The notes under the pieces: generated by a model
Seen by the model: the letters and a program-made list of their open reading frames with translations, nothing else
Told to the model about the DNA's origin: nothing
Database searches by the model: none
In this document: piece by piece, positions 21,301 through 29,265 of the stretch
How the letters are laid out: each line of letters begins with the position of its first letter
Numbering within the stretch: position 1 is the stretch's first letter
Origin: Rikenella microfusus
Lineage (GTDB): Bacteria; Bacteroidota; Bacteroidia; Bacteroidales; Tenuifilaceae
Assembly (NCBI GenBank): GCA_020722565.1
Contig: DYKO01000010.1
Span: 42,673 to 106,672, forward strand
Direction: 5' to 3'
DNA length: 64,000 bases
Made by a program: the position numbers and the translations under genes

Positions 21301-22722
21301 AACCTTATAGGTTTGGCCATTATAAGTGTACTCAAACGCTACGGCTAGCACCTCATCGGCATTCAGTGCCGATAAAAGTGAAATATAGCCCAACGTGGGG
21401 TTAAGGGTAAACTCATTTGGTGAGAGCTTACGGGCGTATTCAATCTTTTCGAAGTCGCGACCGCCACTAAATCCAAGCAGTTCAAGGGGAGAAAGCACAT
21501 TGTTAACCTCGGCAATATCTCTAATTCCGGAATAGGTTGTAGTCATCAACTCATAAAGATTATTAAGTTGATTACTGGCAGGGCCTGAACCAGTTTGGGT
21601 AAAAATATTGGGGGCAAAAATGTTATTTTGGGCTTCGCCCAAATCGGCAAAAGCAATAATATTGCGAGAATTCTCAAAGTTGGCCTGCTTGTTGGTAACC
21701 CATATCTCTATTTTGGTAATGTTTATGCCGGAGTTGATTACCGGAAGGTTCATTAAAGCCCTATTATAATTTTCTCTGAAGAAGTGCGATAAAAAGAAAT
21801 GCCTATTGGCATCGTACTCGTCGGCTTTAATTTGAAAATCGCGGATTTGTGCACCTCCCTTTACTTCCATTACCTGAGTTTGTCCATTTTGTTTTGAAAC
21901 CACGCTAGTAACATTGAGCTTACCAAACTTCAGCTGGGTTTTAATACCAAAAAGACTCTGGCTACCGGTAATCAAAGTTCCGGGCAACGGTAGCGAAACG
22001 TTTCCCGCCTCAATACGCTGAATTATTTCATCCTCAAAACCGTTGTACTCAACCTTAACATTATTCTCAAAATCGAATGTTGCCTCAGTATTGTAGTTGA
22101 CCTCCATTTTTAATTTTTCGCCAATCTTCCCGGAAACATTCATTTGAATTTTCGATTGGAAATCGAAGGTTGTATTGCGTCTCTGATCCAATGGCAGCGC
22201 AGGATTATCGGTTTTGGCACTCGAAACTCCAAAAACCAGCTCGGCATTACCCTGGGGAATAATTTCAATGGTGTTGCTACCAAATACACGGTCAAAGGTT
22301 TCGCCCCCCACCTGCATCCTGGGCAGAATGCCATCGCCCTTCCCAGAAAACTCCCCTGTTTGCTTTTGTCGCCAGTACTCTCGCATCGATTTATCTATCC
22401 GATACGTACGATACTCATCGGCCGAGAGAACCCGTGGCGTTTCAATGTTAATATTACCTAGCTTCCGGTAAATTATGTATTGGTTTGTAGTGGCATCGTA
22501 AACCACCTCCTCCCTGATGTTAGACGGCTCAGAAAGGTAGAGCGGCGAATGGGGAGGCACAGGCGACCAAATTCCCGGTTGCTTGATGGGCAAAGGTAAA
22601 CGTGCTGTATCGGGTTGAGTAAATGGAAATGTTTGAGCAATAACTGCCTGGGCAAAAAGAATAAGCCCAACAATCATTAACCCGTATCTTATATGGAAAA
22701 ATGTTGCGTTCTCTTTTCCCAA
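15367..22722 (-). CDS. sprA: Type IX secretion system outer-membrane translocon SprA/Sov
   Basis: 2451 aa with 'GKIGEKLKMEVNYNTEATFDFEN', 'YLDDFEGS' and 'WFNEFRL'; ruvA-sprA-gcvH synteny; TTG start. Confidence 0.95.
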   Translation of the reverse strand: MGKENATFFHIRYGLMIVGLILFAQAVIAQTFPFTQPDTARLPLPIKQPGIWSPVPPHSPLYLSEPSNIREEVVYDATTNQYIIYRKLGNINIETPRVLSADEYRTYRIDKSMREYWRQKQTGEFSGKGDGILPRMQVGGETFDRVFGSNTIEIIPQGNAELVFGVSSAKTDNPALPLDQRRNTTFDFQSKIQMNVSGKIGEKLKMEVNYNTEATFDFENNVKVEYNGFEDEIIQRIEAGNVSLPLPGTLITGSQSLFGIKTQLKFGKLNVTSVVSKQNGQTQVMEVKGGAQIRDFQIKADEYDANRHFFLSHFFRENYNRALMNLPVINSGINITKIEIWVTNKQANFENSRNIIAFADLGEAQNNIFAPNIFTQTGSGPASNQLNNLYELMTTTYSGIRDIAEVNNVLSPLELLGFSGGRDFEKIEYARKLSPNEFTLNPTLGYISLLSALNADEVLAVAFEYTYNGQTYKVGEFSTDGVEAPNALILKLLKGTNLSPKMPTWRLMMKNIYSMNAFQISKDDFRLDIFYQDDATGTPINFLNEGNLANIPLIRVLNLDNLNNQLDAFPDGVFDFIEGTTINPANGKIIFPLLEPFGRDLAARIGDPVIAQKYVFQELYDSTLTKARQIADKNKFIIGGSYKSTGGSEIFLNAPNIPKGAVVVTAGGAKLQEDVDFIVDYNLGTVRIINQGLLESGTPIRVAVESNALFSMQTKTLVGSHFDYRFSDNFQVGATVINLTERPLTQKVNFGNEAISNTIWGLNTSYQTESKLLTKMVDWLPFIQTKEKSTITIDAEFAQLYPGHSRAIGKAGTVYLDDFEGSSTRLDLRSWIDWKLASTPQGQSALFPEASVSNNLQFGYNRAHLAWYYIDPLFLRNTSLTPSYIRNNKELQGNHFVREIFERELFPNKNTPQGQPTNIAVLNLAFYPRERGQFNYNFNDIDANGKLINPQHSWGGIMRNLSTTDFEASNIEYIEFWLMDPFVYDSTHTGGDFYINLGNISEDILRDGRKSFENGLPTSVEDLDKTDTTAWGRVPTKQYLPVGFDNDPGKRPFQDVGLDGLSSLIDLVGDGLPDEVSFFAEYINQLRNRITDNNILAGFESDPSGDNFRHYLDGFYDQQRASILDRYKYFNGTENNSPVATQTTSQQSYSTPDVEELGTDNTMNENEAYYQYRIALRPQDMVVGRNFITNVILGEKDKLKNKQVKWYQFKIPISEYERVVGPIEDFKSIRFIRMFLRGFEDTVILRFATLELVRSEWRKYNYSLIQGQEGMPVSDLPLGSLAISTVNIEENDKRTPVNYVLPPGVDRVVDPSQPQLIQLNEQSMEYRNVDLADGDARAAFKNVNIDVRQYKRLKMDIHAEAIEGYPLNDYEVTAFIRLGTDYNSNYYEFEVPLKLTPYGFYYNNRERDREIVWPRENAIDIDLEKLVELKVARNNAMQKPGSLITLSTIYETMDGNRKIKVTGNPNLSNVKVVMLGIRNPVNDRMPKSVVVWFNEFRLTNFNDQSGWAANARMSAKLADLGMVTVAGTTITPGFGSIEKKVNERSKETVYQYDVNSTLELGKFFPKSLNIKIPLFIGFGKTMSNPQYNPLEPDILMADALRNATSRERDSLKRIAQDYTRRRSINFTNVKIDKMGSKPRLWDISNFSISYAYSEVFSRNIRLDHRIQRNIRGAFTYNYNRQPKYITPFGKLKFLSSSYLSLIRDFNFNLFPTQLSFRTDMNRNYYEQQFRNIANPNQVFSPTFSKDFMWNRNYVLNWDITQSIKFDFTATSTARIDEPEGMVDRYRDRDRYEQWKDSVWQNILRGGRNTMYNHQFNITYSLPLSKVPLLNWVNVTTRYSGLYLWQAGPILADTSRFDPGNTIQNSNTIQLNGQININTLFNKVGYLKRVNQQFDQRARGAAPQTRTVKYKEDKVNLRENATKIITHKLKTDRVTVKVYNQEGKEIKVTTQIRGDTKVAIKSDKDYKGCRVVVEGKVPDKINPAKFAMETTLRLLMSLKSIGVSYTETNGTLLPGYKPGVNYFGNENINGLLAPGWEFVSGWQDPEFAWKAATNGWLTRDTSFNTPVVFTRNENLNFRASIEPLPGFRFDVTATRTFGKSNSKIFKADQLGSYRILSPLTIGNFSISVITIGTTFEGKKRSGSSKTFEQMKQNRLIIANRLRDLRVPNPSQGYDPSVVDSLTGFPDGYSPLSQDVLKASFLAAYTNTSPNKVSLRDFPLVPMPNWQLTYDGLAKMKPFKHWFKSITINHGYRSVYTIGAFITNLSYQPEDDGFSYVRNINNDFIPQNEITNVAINEMFTPLVGLDMGWQNNLTTRLELKNSRSLAMSFANNQLTEIYTSEYIIGAGYRFEDLPLIFQAEDGGKKAMKSDLRLTLDFSLRDNTTVLRKLVEDSNDVIAGQLISTIKTSADYRINEQVTIRLFFDRTLNNPKVSRTFRTTNSNFGFSVRFELVK

Positions 22723-22744
22723 GCTTCTGTTAAATTAATAATAA

Positions 22745-23329
22745 CTACAAACGCTTAAGTGCGTGTTTTATCAGCACCTCAACCGGGAGCTCACCAAATT
22801 CCTTCAGCACCTGATCAAGCACCTTTTCGGCTGCGGTACGGGCAAAGCCCAACATGACTAATGCTGATAACGCTTCGGACTTCAAAGTATTGCCCGATGT
22901 TGATAAAATTTGTTGTGTGGCTATGCCATTTACTGAAACCTTATCCTTTAAATCCACCACTATACGCTGAGCAGTTTTTAAACCGATGCCCTTTACCTGT
23001 TTTATTAGGTTGATGTTTTCAGCTGATATGGCAACCTGAAGCTCATCAACGCTTAGCGAAGATAGAATTAACCTTGCCGTGCTGGCCCCGACTCCCGAAA
23101 CGGAAATGAGCAACCTGAAAATTTCACGCTCGCGGACCTCGGCAAAACCAAAAAGGGAATGTGCATCCTCGCGAATTATCTGGTGCAGCCAAAGCTTCAC
23201 ATCGCTCTTACCCTCTAGGGCGGTGTAGGTTTGAAGCGATATGTTTATAAAGTAACCGATTCCAGCACACTCAACAACTACGTGGGTAGGTGTTAGGTCA
23301 ACCAGTTTACCAGAAATATACTCAAACAT
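22745..23329 (-). CDS. ruvA: Holliday junction branch migration protein RuvA
   Basis: 'LISVSGVGA', 'VKGIGLKTAQRIVVDLK' and C-terminal 'ALSALVMLGF'. Confidence 0.96.
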   Translation of the reverse strand: MFEYISGKLVDLTPTHVVVECAGIGYFINISLQTYTALEGKSDVKLWLHQIIREDAHSLFGFAEVREREIFRLLISVSGVGASTARLILSSLSVDELQVAISAENINLIKQVKGIGLKTAQRIVVDLKDKVSVNGIATQQILSTSGNTLKSEALSALVMLGFARTAAEKVLDQVLKEFGELPVEVLIKHALKRL

Positions 23330-23341
23330 ATTAACCGGAGT

Positions 23342-24388
23342 TTAAATGGCATCGGGATCAATCAATTTTAAAGGATTGGCCGTTAACTCCTTGTACTGCT
23401 TACGATTGCGAAATACATCGATAGCAATATACATGGCCTGCCGAAAAGAATTGGGATTGGCCAAATTATGCCCGGCTAAATCGTAAGCAGTTCCGTGATC
23501 GGGCGAAGTGCGCACAATTGGCAAGCCAGCTGTAAAGTTTACCCCGGTATCGAAGTTTATCACCTTAAAGGGCGCAAGTCCCTGATCGTGGTACATAGCC
23601 AAAATCGCATCGAAACGAGTGAACTTATCGGAGCCAAAAAAGCCATCGGACGGATAAGGTCCCATGGCAACAATGCCCTCATCATTGGCCTGTTTAAGTG
23701 CTGGGATAATAACCATCTCCTCTTCGTTTCCAATAACCCCCTGATCACCAGCATGGGGGTTCAATCCCAGAACTGCAATACGGGGCCTACGAATGGCAAA
23801 ATCCTGCACCAGCGATTGGTTAAGCAGCCGCAGTTTCGATAGTATGGCCTCCTTGGTTATCATCTGTGGCACCTGCGATATGGGAATATGACCCGTAACC
23901 ACACCTACCCTCATGCTATCGCTTACCATAAGCATAAGTACTTTATTAACACCAAATTCCTTAGAAAGAAACTCGGTATGACCGGGGAAAGCAAAGTCGG
24001 GGCTTTGTATATTTGCCTTGTTAATTGGAGCGGTTACCAGTACATCAATCTTACCCGCTTTTAAATCGGCAATGGCAGCCTTAAGCGCTTGCAGCGCCCC
24101 CAGTCCACCATACTCGGTTGATCTACCCAACTCCACCCTCACATTATCATCCATGCAGTTTATAATATTGGCCCGTTTAGGATTTGCCTCCGAGGCATCC
24201 TTAATTTGGTTAAAGCTGAAATTTTCAACGTTTAACGTCTTACGATGATAGGCTGCCACTTTGGGCGAGCCATAGACTATCGAGGTACACAACTCATCCA
24301 TCCGTGGATCCATCAGCGTTTTTATAATAACCTCGTAACCTATGCCATTTATATCGCCCTGAGTGATACCAACTTTAACCTTTTCCAT
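23342..24388 (-). CDS. pdxA: 4-hydroxythreonine-4-phosphate dehydrogenase
   Basis: 'GITQGDINGIG', 'FPGHTEFL', 'GLNPHAG', 'AMYHDQGL' and 'RTSPDHGTA'. Likely start MEKVK at 24388; the ORF track extends to 24445. Confidence 0.95.
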   Translation of the reverse strand: MEKVKVGITQGDINGIGYEVIIKTLMDPRMDELCTSIVYGSPKVAAYHRKTLNVENFSFNQIKDASEANPKRANIINCMDDNVRVELGRSTEYGGLGALQALKAAIADLKAGKIDVLVTAPINKANIQSPDFAFPGHTEFLSKEFGVNKVLMLMVSDSMRVGVVTGHIPISQVPQMITKEAILSKLRLLNQSLVQDFAIRRPRIAVLGLNPHAGDQGVIGNEEEMVIIPALKQANDEGIVAMGPYPSDGFFGSDKFTRFDAILAMYHDQGLAPFKVINFDTGVNFTAGLPIVRTSPDHGTAYDLAGHNLANPNSFRQAMYIAIDVFRNRKQYKELTANPLKLIDPDAI

Positions 24389-24839
24389 ACAGCAATACGA
24401 ATTATATTTTACGTGCAAATATGCAAAAGTAAATAAATGGTTCAATATTCCAATAATTAGTTGATGGTTGATAGACGTTGTTCGTTGCCTTGATAGTACT
24501 CTTTCTGGTTCTTAATAATATATTCCTATTTCCGTCCTGCCCTTTAGGCAGGTGTTTGTTCCATTTGTTTATCCTCAGGTTGTTGGCCCAATGGTTATTA
24601 TGATTTTAACTTTTCAAATTATTTTCAGAACGATCCATGTACTACATTGCTGGCCCGAAATTGTAGTCTGTAACAATTACCCTCTACAGTAAATATCCGG
24701 GTTATTACATGCGTCAAAAGAGGCGTAAACAGGAATTTTGTTTCTTGTACTTTCGATCAATAAACAACCAACAGTTACCAACGAACCGATCACGAAACTC
24801 GCACCCCACTTCAATCTCTAAAGTTCGGTTCCTTTTTAA

Positions 24840-24847
24840 TACCTTTG
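24840..24847 (+). promoter_or_regulatory. Bacteroidota -7 promoter element (TAnnTTTG) upstream of mqnC
   Basis: TACCTTTG 18 nt before the ATG at 24866; no clean -33 element was identified. Confidence 0.5.
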
Positions 24848-24865
24848 CGGTTAAACATGTAGCCG

Positions 24866-25999
24866 ATGAATGTAAATAAACTATTCGATAAAGCACTTAA
24901 GCTACAACCACTCTCCCAAGAGGAGGGTTTGATCCTTTACACAAAAGCATCAACATCAGATCTCATGTTTGCTGCGCACGAGCTCCGTAAACTTCATGTT
25001 CCCGGCAATAAGGTAACCTGGCAAATCGATCGAAATGTAAATATTACCAATGTGTGCATATCGGCTTGCAAGTTCTGTAACTTCCACTGTGGACTCCAAT
25101 CTGATAATGCATTCATCACCTCAATTGCAGAGTACAAATTAAAAATTGAAGAGTTGGAGAAATACGGAGGTAACCAGCTGCTACTGCAGGGGGGGCTTCA
25201 TCCAAAACTGGGCCTTGACTTTTACGAAAACCTGTTTCGAGAACTTAAATCGATGTACCCCAACATTAATTTGCATGCACTGGGGCCACCGGAGGTGGCC
25301 TTTATTGCCAGAAAAGAGGGCTTAACCTACCGACAGGTTTTGGAACGCATGGTTGACGCAGGGCTCGATAGCCTTCCGGGAGCGGGAGCCGAGATTCTGG
25401 TAGACCGGGTTCGAAAAAGCATATCGCCCGGGAAACCCGATACCAAGGCTTGGCTCAACGTAATGGCCGAAGCACACAAAATGAACCTGGTTACCTCTGC
25501 TACCATGATGATTGGACATATCGAAACCTTTGATGAGCGCATCGAGCATCTTATCAAACTCAGGGACCTCCAAAGCAGAAAACCAGAGGACACCCATGGA
25601 TTTCTGAACTTTATAGTTTGGACTTTTCAAGATGAGGGAACAAAGCTACAACGTGAGGGTATATCGGCCAATGTTTCTCCTGAAGAATACATCCGTACCA
25701 TAGCCATTTGTCGGATCATGCTAAACAATATTACAAACATTCAGGCATCGTGGCTAACCGTGGGGATCGACACAGCACAGTTGTGCTTACATTCCGGAGC
25801 AAACGACTTTGGCTCAATAATGATTGAAGAAAATGTGGTTTCCTCGGCTGGAGCAAGGTATAAAATGGATGCCTACGGCATACAAAAAGCCATTGTAGAG
25901 GCAGGATTTGAACCCCAGCTCCGTAACCAGCGCTACGAGTTTATTGCACTCCCCGATTGCGAGTACAGCCGTGTTTATAACGTTGATGAACTGAAGTAA
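24866..25999 (+). CDS. mqnC: Cyclic dehypoxanthinyl futalosine synthase (radical SAM, CofH/MqnC family)
   Basis: CxxxCxxC in 'CISACKFC', 'LLQGGLHP', 'PGAGAEIL', 'NIQASW' and 'GANDFGSIMIEENVV'. Confidence 0.85.
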   Translation: MNVNKLFDKALKLQPLSQEEGLILYTKASTSDLMFAAHELRKLHVPGNKVTWQIDRNVNITNVCISACKFCNFHCGLQSDNAFITSIAEYKLKIEELEKYGGNQLLLQGGLHPKLGLDFYENLFRELKSMYPNINLHALGPPEVAFIARKEGLTYRQVLERMVDAGLDSLPGAGAEILVDRVRKSISPGKPDTKAWLNVMAEAHKMNLVTSATMMIGHIETFDERIEHLIKLRDLQSRKPEDTHGFLNFIVWTFQDEGTKLQREGISANVSPEEYIRTIAICRIMLNNITNIQASWLTVGIDTAQLCLHSGANDFGSIMIEENVVSSAGARYKMDAYGIQKAIVEAGFEPQLRNQRYEFIALPDCEYSRVYNVDELK

Positions 26000-26015
26000 C
26001 GTAAAACTATCAATT

Positions 26016-26041
26016 AAAAAAAGGCCGGCTAAACGCCGGCC
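26016..26041 (-). terminator. Terminator between convergent mqnC and thioredoxin
   Basis: aaaaaaa-ggccggc-taaac-gccggcc. Confidence 0.7.
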
Positions 26042-26076
26042 ACCAATCAAATACAGTTATGACGGAAGGAACTGCT

Positions 26077-26586
26077 TTATTTGGATTTAAGTAACTCTTT
26101 TTCAATAATTTCCTTGAACATCTGCTTGGTTTCTTCAGGTGTACGGGCTATACCAGATGAGGCAAACGGTTTGCCATTCACTGGAAAGAATATAAAAGTG
26201 GGTATGCTTTGGATTCCTAGCTCTGCAGCAATTTGCTGCTCGGTTTGAGTATTTACCTTATACACATATATTCGACCATCATACTCCTTAGCAAGCTCCT
26301 CAAGAATAGGACTTGCAATCCGACAAGGTCCGCACCAACTTGCCCAAAAATCGACAATTGCAGGCTTATCGCCAAGGTAGCGCATGTTTTCCTGCCCTTT
26401 GGTATAATCCAGTATCTTTGTAAGAAACTGCTCACGTGTAATGCTAATGGCGTATTCCTTTTTGGTATCCTTTGCAGTGGTTACCGGTTCGCCTTCGGTT
26501 TGCTTTGCCGATGAGGATCCATTACAGGAACCTAGGGCTATTAAGGCAAGCATCATCACCGGAATAAAAGCAATTAGTTTTCTCAT
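26077..26586 (-). CDS. Thioredoxin-domain lipoprotein
   Basis: WCGPC active site in 'DFWASWCGPC'; lipobox LGSC. Confidence 0.88.
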   Translation of the reverse strand: MRKLIAFIPVMMLALIALGSCNGSSSAKQTEGEPVTTAKDTKKEYAISITREQFLTKILDYTKGQENMRYLGDKPAIVDFWASWCGPCRIASPILEELAKEYDGRIYVYKVNTQTEQQIAAELGIQSIPTFIFFPVNGKPFASSGIARTPEETKQMFKEIIEKELLKSK

Positions 26587-26646
26587 ATCGCTATTAATTT
26601 TTGTGTTTCCATTTTTAGGCAGAGGGTAGATTTTTCTACCCTTCTG

Positions 26647-26847
26647 CTATTCTTCCTGCCCTGCAAAGGTAAAAGCACCGTACCCACAAATTCTGATACA
26701 CAAACCACAATTTTTGCAGTTTCCCTTGTCAATCTCAGGAGCACTGTTCCAGCTTCGCTGTTTTATTGCTCCCGTTGGGCAATACATAACCACCGGACAG
26801 GGATGGTTTTGAGGGCATCGTTTTTCATCAACAATAATTTGCCTCAT
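26647..26847 (-). CDS. Small 4Fe-4S ferredoxin-like protein
   Basis: 'CPQNHPCPVVMYCPTGAI' and 'CKNCGLCIRICGYGA'. Likely start MRQII at 26847. Confidence 0.8.
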   Translation of the reverse strand: MRQIIVDEKRCPQNHPCPVVMYCPTGAIKQRSWNSAPEIDKGNCKNCGLCIRICGYGAFTFAGQEE

Positions 26848-27333
26848 ATGGTTCAAATTTAACATTGCAAAAATAATACATCTATACATATCTATATGTT
26901 AATTTATGTTGATATTTTGCATTTGAAATTTGTGAAACCATAAGCAGCCTGTTCGGCGAAACCGGATTAAATAAACATGTAAATAATGGAATCAAATACA
27001 TATGATTAAAAAAATCAGCAACAATTCGATTAAATTAAATTTTATGGGGCCGAGCCCCTAACTTTTTTTTACAAAAAAAACGGCCAAAGAAAATAATAGC
27101 TGAAAAATTTATCCCCGAGTATTACCCTTTAGTATTTTATATATGCTACACTACTCATATAGTATTACCGGAATTTGTATTACTCTACCGAAGCCCATCA
27201 GGGTTAACTTACCTATAAATTATTGATTAAGCATCCACATGCCATAAAACCCAGCCGTTTTTTTTGCAAAAACTTTTTGCAACAAGCAGGAAACATAATC
27301 ACCAATTTAACAGAACAAATTATTTAAGGGGAA

Positions 27334-27365
27334 AAAAGAAAGGAGGCGTGACCCTCCTTTCTTTT
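27334..27365 (-). terminator. Intrinsic terminator after the lipoprotein gene
   Basis: 13-bp stem aaaagaaaggagg-cgtgac-cctcctttctttt. Confidence 0.75.
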
Positions 27366-27386
27366 ATTAAAATATGAATGATTCTG

Positions 27387-28211
27387 TTACTTGCCACCCC
27401 TTAGCTTCACCTCATAGGATTTGCCGTTTACCGTAACAATTGCAATGTTATCGCATTCGCCATTACCATAATCCAACTCTGCTTGCCTATCGCCAACAGT
27501 AAATTTCATAGTACCACCAACAATCCAACGGCAGTTAAGCTTGAACATCAAAGCGCTTGTAATCTGATGGGTATAGGTTTCACCTATGCGATTTACCCCC
27601 GTTGCCGATCCCTCAAGGGTGTAAACATCGTCCCAAATGTATAGAGGAGTATCATATCCGTTAACCCAGGTACGAGTGCGCTCAACATTTCGGGTATAGG
27701 TGGTTCCATCAGTAAAGGTAATCTTTCCATTGGTTAGTGTGGTTTGATACTCATGCTCAGCGGTTTTGCGAATAACCTTGGTCCCCTCAATTAAATTACC
27801 ATTAATGGTAAAGTTGTTGAAGGTAACGGTTCGCTCAAATTCGGGTGCATTGTAACGACCACAGGTTCGAATTATAACTAAGCCGTTCTTTACCCGCTCG
27901 AAGCGAGCATTTGGATTAACATAATCGGTGTAGGTAATTGAATCGATCCGGCAATCGCCATCCCACGCTGTTTTGCGAACACGGGTTCCATTGTCATCAA
28001 GGGTTGCATACATCATCGCATCTTTAGAATCGCTCACCAAGGTTAACTCATCAACCTCGGTCATTACATCGTCGAAGTAGCTGTCAACATCAGCATCTTC
28101 GTTAGCTGATTGAACAATAGGATTTACTTCTTCGTCCTTCTGGCACGAAGTAAAACTGATTGCTGCCATCATCATGAGGCTTGCTGCAAAAAATAAACCT
28201 GTACGTTTCAT
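27387..28211 (-). CDS. Beta-rich hypothetical lipoprotein, likely surface exposed
   Basis: Lipobox FTSC followed by QKDEE; C-terminal 'DYGNGECDNIAIVTVNG'. Likely start MKRTG at 28211. Confidence 0.7.
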   Translation of the reverse strand: MKRTGLFFAASLMMMAAISFTSCQKDEEVNPIVQSANEDADVDSYFDDVMTEVDELTLVSDSKDAMMYATLDDNGTRVRKTAWDGDCRIDSITYTDYVNPNARFERVKNGLVIIRTCGRYNAPEFERTVTFNNFTINGNLIEGTKVIRKTAEHEYQTTLTNGKITFTDGTTYTRNVERTRTWVNGYDTPLYIWDDVYTLEGSATGVNRIGETYTHQITSALMFKLNCRWIVGGTMKFTVGDRQAELDYGNGECDNIAIVTVNGKSYEVKLRGGK

Positions 28212-28239
28212 AGCTAGTAAATTTAAGTTAAACATTGAG

Positions 28240-29121
28240 TTATTTATTTGAATTATTATTAGTTATTACAATTAATTGCCCATTATAGGTCCAATTGAGT
28301 TCAAGTGGCATACATACCAGATTCAGCGCATCTTCAATGTTGTCGGCCCTGAAAAGTCCTGAATACAATCTACCGGTATCGGTATCAAGGAATATGTCAA
28401 CATCAAATTGACGCTCCAACTCATCGATCACCTCTACAATTGGGGCTTTGGTGAAGTAAAACTCCTTTTCTATCCATTTAGGCATATCCTTTTTATCCGA
28501 AATGTAATTGGTCGTTACCTTTAGCTCATATCCCATAGTTTTAGCCTCCATTCCTTTAGTTAATACGGTTTGCTTTTGGCTCCCCTTTGCCATAACGCTT
28601 ACTTTTCCCTCAAAACAAGTAACCTTTACCAATCCTTTTCGTGAATAAACATTGAATACGGTGCCCAATACACGGGTAGTTGCTTTGGGGGTGGTTACAT
28701 AAAAACTACTACCTTTACGAACTTCAAAAAGCGCCTCTCCATTCAGGCTAACGCTTCTATCGGCAAACCAACGATTTCTATTATATTTAATGGAAGTTTC
28801 AGCATTAAGGGTTACCCGGCTGCTATCGGGAAGAATTGCTGTGAGGTGCTGTCCTCTACAAGTTGCAATTTCCACATTGCCCATACGGTATAAATAGATG
28901 TAGGCGGATAGCAGGGCAAAAACTGCAACCGAGGCTGCAATGGCCACCCAGGCAAAGGGTTTAAGATTGTGTTTTCTGTTGGCTTTTTCACTGGTTGTAC
29001 GTTCATTCAACTTTTCAAAGAACTCGTTCCAGGCAGTGTTTCGGTCTTTGCCTTCAGGTAACCGGTAGCTATCCAGCAACCTGTTCAAATCATTCCTGCT
29101 ATATTTCCCCTTCAATATCAT
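28240..29121 (-). CDS. FecR-family anti-sigma factor (second copy)
   Basis: One TM, then 'LPDSSRVTLNAET', 'LNGEALFEV', 'VLGTVFNV' and 'VTCFEGKV'. Confidence 0.88.
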   Translation of the reverse strand: MILKGKYSRNDLNRLLDSYRLPEGKDRNTAWNEFFEKLNERTTSEKANRKHNLKPFAWVAIAASVAVFALLSAYIYLYRMGNVEIATCRGQHLTAILPDSSRVTLNAETSIKYNRNRWFADRSVSLNGEALFEVRKGSSFYVTTPKATTRVLGTVFNVYSRKGLVKVTCFEGKVSVMAKGSQKQTVLTKGMEAKTMGYELKVTTNYISDKKDMPKWIEKEFYFTKAPIVEVIDELERQFDVDIFLDTDTGRLYSGLFRADNIEDALNLVCMPLELNWTYNGQLIVITNNNSNK

Positions 29122-29265
29122 TTCTGCCTGTTTTGCTATTAATACAACAGCTAATCAAAATACCCTACCAATATTTTTTATGTTTTTCTTTTATTTCTAC
29201 AGTATTGATTATCTATCACTTACATCAATTTCGGGTTTCTTTGAAAAACAATATCATACACTCGT

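Noticed and set aside
15367-22722. Very large 2451-aa ORF as a possible novel giant protein
   Set aside because: It is recognisable as the well-characterised T9SS translocon SprA in its usual ruvA-sprA-gcvH context.
26890-27330. AT-rich gap with a small hairpin (27046-27058) and a 19-aa ORF at 27002
   Set aside because: The stem is only 5 bp and the peptide has no features, which is insufficient to call an sRNA or small protein.
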